Source: a phage. Taken from it: a stretch of 64,000 bases of DNA. A program made the position numbers and the translations under genes. Below are positions 10,881-21,561 of this stretch, piece by piece; position 1 is the stretch's first letter, and each line of letters begins with the position of its first letter. The stretch is from sequence record PZ534534.1. The stretch is one strand, 5' to 3'. The notes beneath the pieces are model-generated. The model saw nothing but the letters and a program-made list of their open reading frames with translations, was not told the origin of the DNA and searched no databases.

Positions 10881-10923
10881 TCTAAAGTGTTAAAATAGTC
10901 CTAAGGAATTTTCTCAGGAGAAC

Positions 10924-11970
10924 GTGATGACTAAACCAGTTATCCCTCTTGATATTTGGGCCAATCAGGATGTTGTGCTTGAAAATACGGGAGAGTTGAA
11001 TAAATCTCAACCAAAAAAAGAAGAGAGATTGAAAGGTTGGGATATGACACAAAGAATGGCATGTGAAGTTGTTAACTTTGAACTTCACATGCTTTCTGCG
11101 TGGTTGAAGCATTTAACAGAAGATGTTGTCCCAGGATGGGATAATAGATTCTTAAGGGTCACTAATAATCTAGCAGACGTTCCAGACAAAGCTGCTGCAC
11201 GTCAAGTTCTCAATGTATACTCACCTGAAGAAATGGACGATCTATATGTTGACAAGTCTGGAGACATAATGACTCAGACTCAAACTTTAGGTCTTCAAAG
11301 AATCGAGTTTGCATCTGCGTCAACAGACAGTGCGGCAATATATACCACCATAACTCCAGACAAGACGACGATGGATTTCTGGATTATGGACAACATCGGT
11401 GGTGCTGACGGCACAGACCTTGATGATCCTTCTCACCAAATAGATGGGTTCCGTTGGAGATTTCAACCTTCTGGTGGGCAGCCTGTGTTTTCAGCTATGA
11501 AGCTCAATGCTATAACTGCCAACCGTGCAAGACTGGCTATCCAAGGAAATCTTGAATGCAACGATGCAAAAAGTTCCTCTGCAAATGCCAATGCGGTCAC
11601 GATACCAAGAGCCACTGTTAATGGACAACAATCCTGCGGAAGCGCTCAAATAGGTGGAAGAGTTGATTGTAACGATGAAACCGTCAGGGGCCAATATGCA
11701 ACAGTTGGTGGAAGAAACGTGGTCCGCAGGGTAAATGGTAACGGCGCAGACAGTAGCGGTAACCTTACTATCCCTATGCCTAGCAGAGGGGTTGATGATG
11801 TAAGGATAGCAAACCGTTTTAAAACCACCTACAGAGAGTCAAGAGTCTACCCTGGACATGTGATGTGCTCTGGTAACTACGCTTATAAACACCCTTATCA
11901 AGGTGATTACTGGACAGGTGCTATCCAAAAACTTGTAAATGGTCAATGGATCACTATATCTTATGCTTAA
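10924..11970 (+). CDS. tail fiber protein (paralog B)
   Basis: 348 aa; paralog of 8872-9912; last 30 coding nt before the final codons identical to paralog A. Confidence 0.5.
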   Translation: MMTKPVIPLDIWANQDVVLENTGELNKSQPKKEERLKGWDMTQRMACEVVNFELHMLSAWLKHLTEDVVPGWDNRFLRVTNNLADVPDKAAARQVLNVYSPEEMDDLYVDKSGDIMTQTQTLGLQRIEFASASTDSAAIYTTITPDKTTMDFWIMDNIGGADGTDLDDPSHQIDGFRWRFQPSGGQPVFSAMKLNAITANRARLAIQGNLECNDAKSSSANANAVTIPRATVNGQQSCGSAQIGGRVDCNDETVRGQYATVGGRNVVRRVNGNGADSSGNLTIPMPSRGVDDVRIANRFKTTYRESRVYPGHVMCSGNYAYKHPYQGDYWTGAIQKLVNGQWITISYA

Positions 11971-11981
11971 AAAGAGGGTAA

Positions 11982-12248
11982 ATGAAACTAACTCAGTTTT
12001 TATGGGGACTGGTTGCGGCATCTGATGACCCTACGAAAGTGTCCCAATCTAAGCTATGGTCGAACATAGGCATGGCGGTGATGACTGGGGGGTTTATTCA
12101 TATGGGGGATAATGATACGCTTCCTGAATGGTATGCGTGGATATACGCGCCTTCAGTAGCTTGCCCCCAGCTTATTAGCAAATTCATCTCGCTCCGGTGG
12201 GGTTGCCAGCACCCTGACCACGTTAAAAACGAAGAGCAAAAAGCTTAA
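11982..12248 (+). CDS. hypothetical protein
   Basis: 88 aa ORF with GAGGG RBS between fiber genes. Confidence 0.3.
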   Translation: MKLTQFLWGLVAASDDPTKVSQSKLWSNIGMAVMTGGFIHMGDNDTLPEWYAWIYAPSVACPQLISKFISLRWGCQHPDHVKNEEQKA

Positions 12249-12257
12249 GGAGAAATC

Positions 12258-14003
12258 ATGGCGCAAGACATGACAAGCTTTGAGCAGGCGGTAGATCAAG
12301 TAATTGTTGATTCTGAACGTTTGCACCTGATTGTCAACGGTAACGCTGTGGATGAAGTTGTCGTAGAGGATGGGACCACCATCCCTACGGTACGAAAAGC
12401 CATGCTTGACACCCTTTATTTTAAAACGCCACCGATCCCTTGGGCGTATGGTGCATCCACAACAGTTTTTAACCAGCTGTACGAGTTTAAAGGGGACACA
12501 GGCCCTCAGTGGTGGTACGCTCCCGCAGCATCAAAATCTAACCCGGTTAGAATGCCAGCAGATCCTTCACAATCTCCAAACTGGAGATTATATACCGATT
12601 CTGCAGTAATGGCAAAATACTACGCAAAACTTAACAGTCCGAGGTTCGAAGGTGACCCGCGAGTACCTACGCCTCCAATGGACGACAAATCCGAGTCTAT
12701 AGCAAACACAGAGTTTGTTGTTGACTATGTGGATAGCATATTTGAAGCCATGGAGGGAATGAAAGTTACTGTAGGATCTTTGGTGGTAAAAGGTCTTACA
12801 GAACTTGCTAACACTATAGTTGGTGGCACACTCACCTTACATGGGCCTGTTAATGGAGCAGATTCTACTGCACGCTTCAGGAACCTAATCCTCACGGCAA
12901 ATACTTCTACACTTACTTTTGCGTGGAGTGATCCTAAGCATGCAGACTGGAGAAGCACAGAGCTGCAACCTCATGAAGTGTCCACCCACAGGGTTATAGC
13001 TGACACTATAACTTCTGGGAAACCAGTGGCTAATAATAACGATGTGCATTTTGATGGTCTAGGTAATAACTTTTTTGACTACGTGTACATTCGTGGTAAT
13101 GCCATGAAGGCAGCAACCGAACCGACATTGCAGGTAGATGGAACCACCAGGGTTAAGAACCTTGAGGTGACAGGCACTGTTACAGGGATAACCTACTCTG
13201 TCGATGGCACCATGATTTACCCTAGCTATATTGAAAGCACGGGGGACGCATTAATAAATGGTGATTTAGAAGTTGGCGGATCTGTAGTTATTCGAGGTAC
13301 AGCCTCTATCCAAAACATAGCTCTGAATACCCTAAGAGTCAATGAGCGTGCAACTTTTGAAGGGGAAGGGCTTACAGCCAACAAAGGTGTAATTACCGAG
13401 CTGACAACCACTACTTTAACTGCAACAACTGCAAACTCTGAAAACTGCAACGTTACCAGAAACTTGCAGGTAAATGGAGATGTTAGTTTAAACGCAGCAG
13501 GGACGGGCACCACCTACCTTCACAACCTTGAAATATCCGGCACAGTGACTGGGTGGCTGCCAGACTTCTCTAATGTCAACTTTGTTTGTAATGGCATTAA
13601 CTCCAGTGGCAAGATAACCACCTCTCAAGAAATTGAGGCGGGTAAAACCATTACTGCCCCTACTTTCCACGCAGGAAAGGTAGATTTTGATTTAGAGGAG
13701 GTTGACGCGTCCAGTGGGACATGGACACCTAACGGGCAGGCCAGTATGTATGTTGTCCACGCGAAAGGGGATTTTACAATAGGACAATGGCCTGGTACAT
13801 CAGCGGAAGATAAACCTTATCCATTCACTGCGGTTATCTATGTCATTCAGGATGCTGTAGGTCACAACGTGACTTTGCACGATAAGTATGCTATCCTGTC
13901 GGCAACGCCTGTTATTAATAACAAGGCTAATAGTGTTACCTTGCTGCAATTAACATATTGTGGTGTTGGTGATATCGTAGACGTAGTAATTGCACAACGT
14001 TAA
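12258..14003 (+). CDS. tail fiber / tailspike-like protein
   Basis: 581 aa; short G/T/V-rich repeats (GTVTGI, GTLTLHGPV) typical of fibrous or beta-helical tail proteins. Confidence 0.45.
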   Translation: MAQDMTSFEQAVDQVIVDSERLHLIVNGNAVDEVVVEDGTTIPTVRKAMLDTLYFKTPPIPWAYGASTTVFNQLYEFKGDTGPQWWYAPAASKSNPVRMPADPSQSPNWRLYTDSAVMAKYYAKLNSPRFEGDPRVPTPPMDDKSESIANTEFVVDYVDSIFEAMEGMKVTVGSLVVKGLTELANTIVGGTLTLHGPVNGADSTARFRNLILTANTSTLTFAWSDPKHADWRSTELQPHEVSTHRVIADTITSGKPVANNNDVHFDGLGNNFFDYVYIRGNAMKAATEPTLQVDGTTRVKNLEVTGTVTGITYSVDGTMIYPSYIESTGDALINGDLEVGGSVVIRGTASIQNIALNTLRVNERATFEGEGLTANKGVITELTTTTLTATTANSENCNVTRNLQVNGDVSLNAAGTGTTYLHNLEISGTVTGWLPDFSNVNFVCNGINSSGKITTSQEIEAGKTITAPTFHAGKVDFDLEEVDASSGTWTPNGQASMYVVHAKGDFTIGQWPGTSAEDKPYPFTAVIYVIQDAVGHNVTLHDKYAILSATPVINNKANSVTLLQLTYCGVGDIVDVVIAQR

Positions 14004-14012
14004 TATATATCT

Positions 14013-14040
14013 AACCGCTCCTGACGGGGCGGTTTTCTTA
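14013..14040 (+). terminator. rho-independent terminator
   Basis: AACCGC/GCGGTT stem-loop followed by TTTCTTATC. Confidence 0.45.
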
Positions 14041-14053
14041 TCTGGAGAACACA

Positions 14054-17000
14054 ATGCTTCCAATCCCTTTGCTAAAACTTGGTCGTCATTTCCTCGATAA
14101 GAGGGGTGGAATTAAGGAACTTGCTGTTCTGTCATACCCAATAGACAACAGTGATGGTACAAGCAACACAGTATCCTATGTAAATAGCTTAGCTATACTT
14201 TTTGATGATGGTCAGCTTAATATTACTGGCTATAATAGGTTCGGAGAGTGTCGGACTGGAGATCTTGATACAATAAACTATCCTAATGAGGCAGCTTGGA
14301 ACGTAGACCATGTTTGGAGAGCTGACCGTGCATTTGTAATCCGCACATTCGATAATAAATTTTTCTATATTGGTTGCACAGCTGGTCTTATCGGATCGGA
14401 GGCAGCAGGTGGAAACGATGTTTGTGTCAGAGAGTGGACACCTTTGCCGGAACAGATCGTAACAGGGTTGCATTTGGACACCCATCCTGAGAGACTTGTT
14501 GAAGTAATGGGTGGCGTAAACAATACCGTGTGGGTAATTGCTGCACCAGAGGCTGATGGTATGCTTCACCTGTACGGCTCTGGCAATAATACTTACGGCT
14601 CTCTTCATGTTGACAAAAGTCAACACGCTACTCCAGTTAAGATCGGTGAAACATCTGAAAGTCCAGAGACAGGTCCTTGGAAAAATCCAAGAATTAATTG
14701 TGAAGTTCATGACAACTCGGTTATTTTTGGTGGTCCTAACGGATTCTGGATTGCAGGTTACGACTTTCTGAGAAATAACAGTAGAAACGACCTTGTTTGG
14801 CCTCCTGTGCAGATTACTCGTAACGATTTGAGGGGCATTCCTGCAGATGAGGAGTGGAAAGGGTTTATGTGTGGTCCTAACGGGGCAGTAATTGCTACAC
14901 AGAGGATGCATAGACCCGATGACCAGCAGCTTGTTAACGTATTTTATGGTCAAAACATTTGGGGAGATGATACATGGCGGGAACTGAATATCACCTACAC
15001 CCATGAGGTAATGATGGCTCGTGGGTACGGCACAAGTGGCATTTTCTTCAATAATGGCACTAAGCAGTATCGTGGGTTCTCTCGCAACTTATGTAATGAT
15101 ATTGGTGCACAATCTGCAAACAATAGTCCTAGGGCCGATTTTATCCACTATCAAGCTCTTGCTACAGCTAAATATGTTGAGCAACGCCTGCCAGTCAGCT
15201 GGACAGAGAGTGTTTATTTCCAAGGCATCCACAGAGAAGGTTTCTTAGGTACCTTTACTGTTGTTAATGGTAAACTTTGGTGGTCAGGTATCCCAAGGGG
15301 AAGTTTTACAGGATCTAATAACCTCTTTGGCGGCAGACTTAACAGCCAAGGGTTCACAGAGATTCCGGAGAATTGGTATAAAAATGTCCCGGTAGACAGT
15401 TGGGGTGTTGAGGATATTTTCGACGTTAACGGTGTTAGCAGCGTTAGCAATATTTACATTGGTGACACGGTCAAGATGAAATTGAAGCCTCAGCCAGAGG
15501 GGGCTACGTTCATTATTGACAAGATTGAACTGGTAAATGCTGCAGGCACGGTTGTTACAGATGCAAATTACCAATTCTCCACCAACTGGAACCACGGAGG
15601 GGCCAATGAAGTTGTTGTCACCCAGTATAACAGAAATGTTAACAGACGTGGCCTGTACTCTGTAAAAATAACCTATCATGACAAGCATGGCACAGGCAGA
15701 ACCCATACGACAAGGACTTTGAACTGGAACACCATAGTTCCTGCGTACCCGTCTGATGGTAAATGGCATACTGTCGGTAGAAACAAACAGTTCCATGTTA
15801 ATGATACTGTATACTTTGGGCTGAATGGGACCCAGCCTGCAGTAGAAGGGGATACATCGTATATGGTCAGACTCCACAGAATGGATGCTGGATCAGTCAC
15901 TTATGATGTGACCCAAGAGATCTACGATCAAAGACGCGCCACGTATGACAATATTGTGAAAACACAAGCCTTGTGGGAGTTCAATCCTAATGGCAAGGGT
16001 GGTAAAATGTTGCAGGTTAATGAGCAGAACGGAACGTCGTTGACTGTTCACGAACACCCAGACCCTTGGCCTGATCCTGGAAAACCTCACCCAGGAGCTC
16101 GTACACTGAAAATTGTCAGCCATGATGCAGGGTATTTCGGAATACGCTGGGAAGCTACAGTAAGATATGTCGACGGGACAACAAACAACATAGGGATTAC
16201 ACTTGGCGGCACTAGTGAAGATAACTCGCTGAAAATTGCCTACACGCCCAGAGGTATCTCTATTGATAATATGGATGTTGTTCGCAATGGTTACGGCGAT
16301 GTGAATGTCAAAGTTACTCTTGGCGAACATCTTGGTGGGGAAAGGATCATCATGTATGCCTTTGATCATGATCCACGCACCAATGGAACTTATGCAAATC
16401 AGGCATGGAGTTACCTGATAAATGCACCTGAGCCGAATACTAAAGAGTTCTACTATGGTATGAAGCGAGATGTGTGCAAGAAAACAGGAACACATGACTG
16501 GATTGCTATCTGCGTTAAAGATGAGCGCACAGCTTGGGATGAGCCTGTTAACAGATGGTTCATAGGTATTCCTACCAGAAGTGATAAGTATGTCGCAGAA
16601 TATATTGTATGCATGGGCGGTACCAACCTAAACATGTGTTGGAACGAAGATGTAAACAAATACTCTGATTATGACTATATGAGGGATTACTCTTGTAATT
16701 TGTGGTTTAACCAAACTACAGGTTACCCTCCAAGACAGGCGAGAGTAAACCCTGCAATCTTCACAGACACGCAGGTTTTCTTGACAAAACAGGCCAACGA
16801 GGTCCAGACCTTCAAGAACAAATACGACCCTAATAAGTGGTTCTATAACTGCTATGGGGCATTTTTCTGGGGACCTGGAGAATTACCTGGTGGTGGCTCT
16901 TGTTTTGAGGCTGCAACTTACGCCAGTGACAGATTTATGGGCCAGGTCAAGAAATACAAGATAATTCCAGGGCCTGAAACTTTAGGCAACGCTGTCGACC

Positions 17001-19681
17001 CCTATATCATCATGAGTGATCTAAGATCGAACATGGATGGAACATCCATATCTATGCAAGTTCCGGTAACAAACGGATACAAGCGTGTTGTGATGATCAT
17101 TAAGTGCGATCTGATAGGTAAGCAAGTTCTTGCAGAGAACGGAACTTCCACCCACCTATTTGAGACTGCTCTGCACTATCAGTTTGCTGATTCACCTTTT
17201 GCAGGGGATAAGAGAATATCTGACACAGACGCTGTGCGATGCAAGAAATTTATGCTAGGTGGTGGGTGGTGGTGGTATGAATTTGACTTAACAGACAAAT
17301 TCACCGACACGTCTAAAGTAGTGACGGGGCTTCGTCTAGACCTTGGCGAAAACATGCACAAAAGTGTTTGTGATGGCACCTACGGTGACCCAACAATCTA
17401 CTTAAAGTATGTCTCTTTTGAGCACCCAGAGGATGTTGTTTATGGTCCAAAACTGAGACTGTTTGGCAATTGGATTGCTAAAGACAGGGTAGGTATGGGC
17501 AAGAAGGTAAGAGGCTTCTTAATAGATGCCGGTACAGAGGACATGCTAGTCAATGCAGTGTGGCCTGAATTACCTGGGACTCAGTGGAACAACTCAGCCA
17601 AATCTATAAACTGGTTCAATATCCACAGGGCTATGTGGACAACCAACTGTTACCTGTGGAAAGAGCTGAATGACGGCGCTTTCGGGTTCACAGGCGGCAG
17701 AAGAATGGCAATCATTTGCTGGACAACGTTGCAAAGATGTTATGACCATGACTACGAGATTGGAGGTAGGGCATGGAAAAATATTAGGGATAGAATCATA
17801 ACCAACTTTGCAGATCCTAACGGTGGTGGAGCGTATGGCTTCGACTGCAGCAGGCTCATCCATTTGAACGGATCCTCTGCCTACAAGAAAGAAGGTTACT
17901 CTGGGTCTATGATAGAATGGGGCCTGGTGAAAGATGCTCGCGTGCTGATGGGTCAACAACTTGCTGCTGCAATAGGTCCTAATGCAGTGCAATCTGTTAA
18001 ACCTGCGTGGTTTGATATCCCATTGTGGTCATCCGGTACACCAGGAACTGCTGCAATCAACCCTACCACGGGGGATCTGGAAATCTCTTGGGAGGACTTG
18101 AAGCAGGTTGGAGGCTGGGATAAAACAGGGTATCAGGTCCAGTGGTGGAGGGCTGATGGATCTTTAGCCGCTGATGAGTTTGTTAAGGACAATTTCTACA
18201 CCATGTCCTCTGCAAAAGCACAGGAATTGTTCGGTCAGGCAACTCCGTCAACGATCACCATGTCTATGTGCTGTAAAGACAACAGGACTGGAGCTTTGGG
18301 GCCAAGGGTTGCTAAAGTTTTCTCAGGTATTAAATGGAATCTACCTGTCCAAAGTATTTCATGGAAGCAAATAGGTGATAACAAGCTGCTGGTTACCCCT
18401 GCCTGTCAGTTCAACGCAACTCTTAACGTTGATCCTGCTGTTGCGGCAAACTCAGCTAAAGCTTCTGACTTCTCTGTGTCTAACACTGCTATGGCAGATG
18501 TGAGGAAGATTGACACGCTGAACGCCAGAATTACCTGTAAAAACACTTATGGCACATTCCAAATCATCAACAACTTCACAGATGCTGATTCTAAGGTAGT
18601 GAGGACAGCAAGCCAGACTCTGAGTTTAGGAACTCTGGCCTATGCGGCACTGATCACCGAACAGTCGGCAACACTCCAAGGAGGCGGTGTAGGCAAGTCC
18701 ATTGCAACACCTGTGTGGAAGCCAAATGAGTGGGTTGTGTTTGATTTGACTGTGGACTTCTCCAGCGATAATAACTGGACATGGGTAAGGAATTGTTTGT
18801 CACAGTTGATGGGCGGTCCAAGCTCCGTTAGTGATAGTCACGACTCTACTGACCCGAGTGTGTTCCAGGTAGGTAAAACTCACCCAGAGACTGGAGAAAC
18901 GTTGCCTGACAGGAAGTATGCGTTGGTTTGCATCTCTTACGGGAAGGCAGATGTCACATTCTCAGGGACACACACTTATAACGGAACTTACAACTTCTCA
19001 AGGAAGTATAGTCTCAAAGCAGGGAACATTATAGACGAGGTCGGTGTGCTGTATAATCCGGGCAACGGCATAGGGATTGTGGGCGGTAAACTGCAGATGC
19101 AGGAACCTTCTATCACCCCTTCCAACGTATCCGGGATTAGAAAGACTTGGGAAAGTAGTAATACCAACATTGCAACAGTGGATGCCACCACAGGGCTGGT
19201 AACATTTAAAGCTACTGGGAATGTCACCATAAAGTTTGTAGTTAGAGATGATGCAGGCCGCAAAACGTCTTCAACATCGTTTACTGTCAGACAGATGGCA
19301 CCTCAGTGGTTTATTTGGGAAGGAAATCCTCTTGACGGGGCTTACCCTAGACCTGCAGGAACGTCCAATATGAGGGTCTTTACCGGTCCGGTCATGAACA
19401 ATCCGACCACAACCACCAACCCTACATTTTTTGGTGCTTACATACCTGAAATTATTGGCCTACCAAGGAACCAGATACAACTGCTTTTCGGAGCAGGTGT
19501 TGATGGTCTAGCCACTTTTGGGTACAGTGACAACATTGATGCAGCCAGAAGCTCGGGTTGGATTGGATTTAAGTTTCAGTGGAACCCTGGTGGTAGAACA
19601 TTAGGTGTTGCAAGCATAGGTGTTATGCTACCTGGTAACCAGCAATACCATCTCGAAGCTTATACAAACTTCCCTAGTTAA
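14054..19681 (+). CDS. giant structural/adhesin-like protein with Big_2 domain
   Basis: 1875 aa; RCC1-like repeats near N-term; Big_2-like segment ATVDATTGLVTFKATGNVTI near C-term. Confidence 0.5.
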   Translation: MLPIPLLKLGRHFLDKRGGIKELAVLSYPIDNSDGTSNTVSYVNSLAILFDDGQLNITGYNRFGECRTGDLDTINYPNEAAWNVDHVWRADRAFVIRTFDNKFFYIGCTAGLIGSEAAGGNDVCVREWTPLPEQIVTGLHLDTHPERLVEVMGGVNNTVWVIAAPEADGMLHLYGSGNNTYGSLHVDKSQHATPVKIGETSESPETGPWKNPRINCEVHDNSVIFGGPNGFWIAGYDFLRNNSRNDLVWPPVQITRNDLRGIPADEEWKGFMCGPNGAVIATQRMHRPDDQQLVNVFYGQNIWGDDTWRELNITYTHEVMMARGYGTSGIFFNNGTKQYRGFSRNLCNDIGAQSANNSPRADFIHYQALATAKYVEQRLPVSWTESVYFQGIHREGFLGTFTVVNGKLWWSGIPRGSFTGSNNLFGGRLNSQGFTEIPENWYKNVPVDSWGVEDIFDVNGVSSVSNIYIGDTVKMKLKPQPEGATFIIDKIELVNAAGTVVTDANYQFSTNWNHGGANEVVVTQYNRNVNRRGLYSVKITYHDKHGTGRTHTTRTLNWNTIVPAYPSDGKWHTVGRNKQFHVNDTVYFGLNGTQPAVEGDTSYMVRLHRMDAGSVTYDVTQEIYDQRRATYDNIVKTQALWEFNPNGKGGKMLQVNEQNGTSLTVHEHPDPWPDPGKPHPGARTLKIVSHDAGYFGIRWEATVRYVDGTTNNIGITLGGTSEDNSLKIAYTPRGISIDNMDVVRNGYGDVNVKVTLGEHLGGERIIMYAFDHDPRTNGTYANQAWSYLINAPEPNTKEFYYGMKRDVCKKTGTHDWIAICVKDERTAWDEPVNRWFIGIPTRSDKYVAEYIVCMGGTNLNMCWNEDVNKYSDYDYMRDYSCNLWFNQTTGYPPRQARVNPAIFTDTQVFLTKQANEVQTFKNKYDPNKWFYNCYGAFFWGPGELPGGGSCFEAATYASDRFMGQVKKYKIIPGPETLGNAVDPYIIMSDLRSNMDGTSISMQVPVTNGYKRVVMIIKCDLIGKQVLAENGTSTHLFETALHYQFADSPFAGDKRISDTDAVRCKKFMLGGGWWWYEFDLTDKFTDTSKVVTGLRLDLGENMHKSVCDGTYGDPTIYLKYVSFEHPEDVVYGPKLRLFGNWIAKDRVGMGKKVRGFLIDAGTEDMLVNAVWPELPGTQWNNSAKSINWFNIHRAMWTTNCYLWKELNDGAFGFTGGRRMAIICWTTLQRCYDHDYEIGGRAWKNIRDRIITNFADPNGGGAYGFDCSRLIHLNGSSAYKKEGYSGSMIEWGLVKDARVLMGQQLAAAIGPNAVQSVKPAWFDIPLWSSGTPGTAAINPTTGDLEISWEDLKQVGGWDKTGYQVQWWRADGSLAADEFVKDNFYTMSSAKAQELFGQATPSTITMSMCCKDNRTGALGPRVAKVFSGIKWNLPVQSISWKQIGDNKLLVTPACQFNATLNVDPAVAANSAKASDFSVSNTAMADVRKIDTLNARITCKNTYGTFQIINNFTDADSKVVRTASQTLSLGTLAYAALITEQSATLQGGGVGKSIATPVWKPNEWVVFDLTVDFSSDNNWTWVRNCLSQLMGGPSSVSDSHDSTDPSVFQVGKTHPETGETLPDRKYALVCISYGKADVTFSGTHTYNGTYNFSRKYSLKAGNIIDEVGVLYNPGNGIGIVGGKLQMQEPSITPSNVSGIRKTWESSNTNIATVDATTGLVTFKATGNVTIKFVVRDDAGRKTSSTSFTVRQMAPQWFIWEGNPLDGAYPRPAGTSNMRVFTGPVMNNPTTTTNPTFFGAYIPEIIGLPRNQIQLLFGAGVDGLATFGYSDNIDAARSSGWIGFKFQWNPGGRTLGVASIGVMLPGNQQYHLEAYTNFPS

Positions 19682-19693
19682 CAGGAGGCAAAT

Positions 19694-19723
19694 AAAAAGG
19701 GGCCAGACGGCCCCTTTCTTTTT
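19694..19723. terminator. bidirectional rho-independent terminator between convergent genes
   Basis: AAAAA-GGGGCC-AGAC-GGCCCC-TTTCTTTTT: hairpin flanked by A-run and T-run. Confidence 0.6.
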
Positions 19724-19727
19724 ATAA

Positions 19728-19928
19728 TTAGTAATATTCCCAACACGACCCATCTTCAGACGGCTGGACACGCTTACCTTCATGATCGACATAGGTGTAA
19801 CCACAGCCTTCACAGATAACAGGGGCCGCATAACCTTCCTTCCACTGGTCCTCTGTGATCAGTCCTTTCAGATCTCCGCAGTCACGACCAAACAACTCTT
19901 CAGAACAATCTTTGCAAAAATCAGCCAT
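19728..19928 (-). CDS. small Cys-rich protein (putative zinc-binding)
   Basis: 66 aa; two CxxC pairs (CKDC, CEGCG). Confidence 0.4.
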   Translation of the reverse strand: MADFCKDCSEELFGRDCGDLKGLITEDQWKEGYAAPVICEGCGYTYVDHEGKRVQPSEDGSCWEYY

Positions 19929-19931
19929 TTC

Positions 19932-20339
19932 TCAGTCCTCGCATTTAACAAATTTTTCTACAGATCCACCAAGCACAGCTTGTTGTTTAATGGCACTTTC
20001 TTCATCATAGTGGATAGATTTATGTTCCGTACCTCCAAACTTACCTGTGTGGAAGGTGTGCACCCAAATCTCTTTAGGAAGGGATTTATTCTCTTCCTCC
20101 ACCAACTCCCACATACCCCACAAGTGATCTGCGATATCTCTGATGAAATATCCCTCACCGAGGTTTGTATTCACACTATAAGCTGATTCGTGATCTCCGC
20201 AAATATAACGGAAGGCAGTGTACTCTTTACCTGGTGTGAAGTGAGTGTCCATTAGTATAGCTGTTAAAGAATAAGGGTCTCGAAAGCCTAAGAACTTTAG
20301 TTTAACAATTTCGACATTTACATCCGCAAGATTATCCAT
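19932..20339 (-). CDS. hypothetical protein
   Basis: ORF-track start 20378 lies inside a promoter; internal ATG at 20339 has AGAGGAG RBS, so start refined. Confidence 0.4.
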   Translation of the reverse strand: MDNLADVNVEIVKLKFLGFRDPYSLTAILMDTHFTPGKEYTAFRYICGDHESAYSVNTNLGEGYFIRDIADHLWGMWELVEEENKSLPKEIWVHTFHTGKFGGTEHKSIHYDEESAIKQQAVLGGSVEKFVKCED

Positions 20340-20369
20340 GACGATCTCCTCTGTTCGGTTGGTGAGATA

Positions 20370-20398
20370 ATCATACATAGATCTGGTGTTGGTGTCAA
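20370..20398 (-). promoter_or_regulatory. sigma70-like promoter (minus strand)
   Basis: TTGACA-N17-TATGAT on minus strand upstream of the refined 20339 start. Confidence 0.45.
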
Positions 20399-20503
20399 GT
20401 TTAATTTTAAGCGATTCTGGGGGGGTATTTTGTTCAGGAGGGTAATCACACAGGGTAGGGCAATTTATGAAGGCACAGGCCTCGTTTGAGGCCTTAAAAT
20501 AGG

Positions 20504-20884
20504 TTATGACGCTTTGACGTAGCGCTCTGACAAAGCTGGGAAGCCAAAAGCAGTACCTATACTACCGTATGCTACCCACCATTGAAGTTCATCGTGACAC
20601 CATTTTCCGATCAGGAAGGTGCTGGGGTAGCGGGTCAGTATTTTGGCATAAGCTTTAGGGTCTGCATCCTCTGGGATAATGATACTTGGAACATCTTTGT
20701 TATGACCACAGCAGCAGTTTAGAGTTTTCAATCCTGCCGCCCATAGACTCATGATAGGCTTAGCCATGCACTTATCAAGGCACACACGTTTTTTGCCGTC
20801 ACGGAGCTTTTTAGGCACATCAACGATAACATTTTGATGCTTGGCACCTTTCACTTTCCAATTATAGGATTTACACTTGCACAT
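20504..20884 (-). CDS. hypothetical Cys-rich protein
   Basis: 126 aa ORF; multiple Cys (CKCK, NCCCGH); no family recognised. Confidence 0.4.
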   Translation of the reverse strand: MCKCKSYNWKVKGAKHQNVIVDVPKKLRDGKKRVCLDKCMAKPIMSLWAAGLKTLNCCCGHNKDVPSIIIPEDADPKAYAKILTRYPSTFLIGKWCHDELQWWVAYGSIGTAFGFPALSERYVKAS

Positions 20885-20914
20885 TTAATCAGTCTCCATC
20901 TAGAAAGCAATACT

Positions 20915-21085
20915 TTACTTAAAATCTTTGTCACCTATTACGATTGCACGAATCCACTCATTGTGATGTTCAATGGCGGTAAGGTGTAACATAATGCAGT
21001 GATTGTCATTACCAAACACGGTGCGGTAAGCTTTAGCAGCACCATGATATAACTTCCACATCAGGTAATGATATCTTCGCCTCAT
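20915..21085 (-). CDS. small hypothetical protein
   Basis: 56-aa ORF missed by 60-aa cutoff; ATGA start/stop overlap with upstream gene implies coupling. Confidence 0.3.
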   Translation of the reverse strand: MRRRYHYLMWKLYHGAAKAYRTVFGNDNHCIMLHLTAIEHHNEWIRAIVIGDKDFK

Positions 21086-21561
21086 GGCTCTTTCTCCGGT
21101 TCAGGATCTGGGTAATCTTCAATAATAAAGGGCCATCCGTTCCGCTTAGCCTCAGACTTGTACTCAATCTCCTTCATTGCAAACTCTAACTGATTCTTAG
21201 CCGGAATACATGCCGGAGAATCATCAATCCAGATATCTGGGTAGATATCAAACTGCGCCAAGTAGGCTGCCTTCTGCACACCGCCTGTGTAGAACACACC
21301 AACATCGAGCTCCTTGCGCCAATACTCAATGTCTACATTGTCTTGAGTAATGAATCGGAAAGTCACAAGGTAGACTGTCCACCCCTCCTTCTTCAGATCC
21401 CTGATCAGGCGGGAGAAGATGAAAGGGCTCGCATTAAACGTTCCATCAAAGTCGATGGCAATGATGTGTGTGCCGTGGCGAGTCTCGTATGGATTGCTTG
21501 TGGTAAGATTACTGTAGTTAAAAGGAACTTCTTCCCCGCAGTAGCTGTAGTCCATATTCAC
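21082..21561 (-). CDS. HAD-superfamily phosphatase-like protein
   Basis: IAIDFDGTFN (DxDGT motif I) and IWIDDSP (motif IV acidic pair). Confidence 0.5.
   Translation of the reverse strand: MNMDYSYCGEEVPFNYSNLTTSNPYETRHGTHIIAIDFDGTFNASPFIFSRLIRDLKKEGWTVYLVTFRFITQDNVDIEYWRKELDVGVFYTGGVQKAAYLAQFDIYPDIWIDDSPACIPAKNQLEFAMKEIEYKSEAKRNGWPFIIEDYPDPEPEKEP

Noticed and set aside
14189-15004. 271-aa minus-strand ORF
   Set aside because: Entirely antisense to the 1875-aa + strand gene, which has the stronger coding signal; the same applies to minus-strand ORFs inside the J-like gene (for example 3828-4199).
20471-20500. AGGCCTC-GTTTG-AGGCCT hairpin as a terminator
   Set aside because: No U-run follows on either strand in the direction of transcription; not called.
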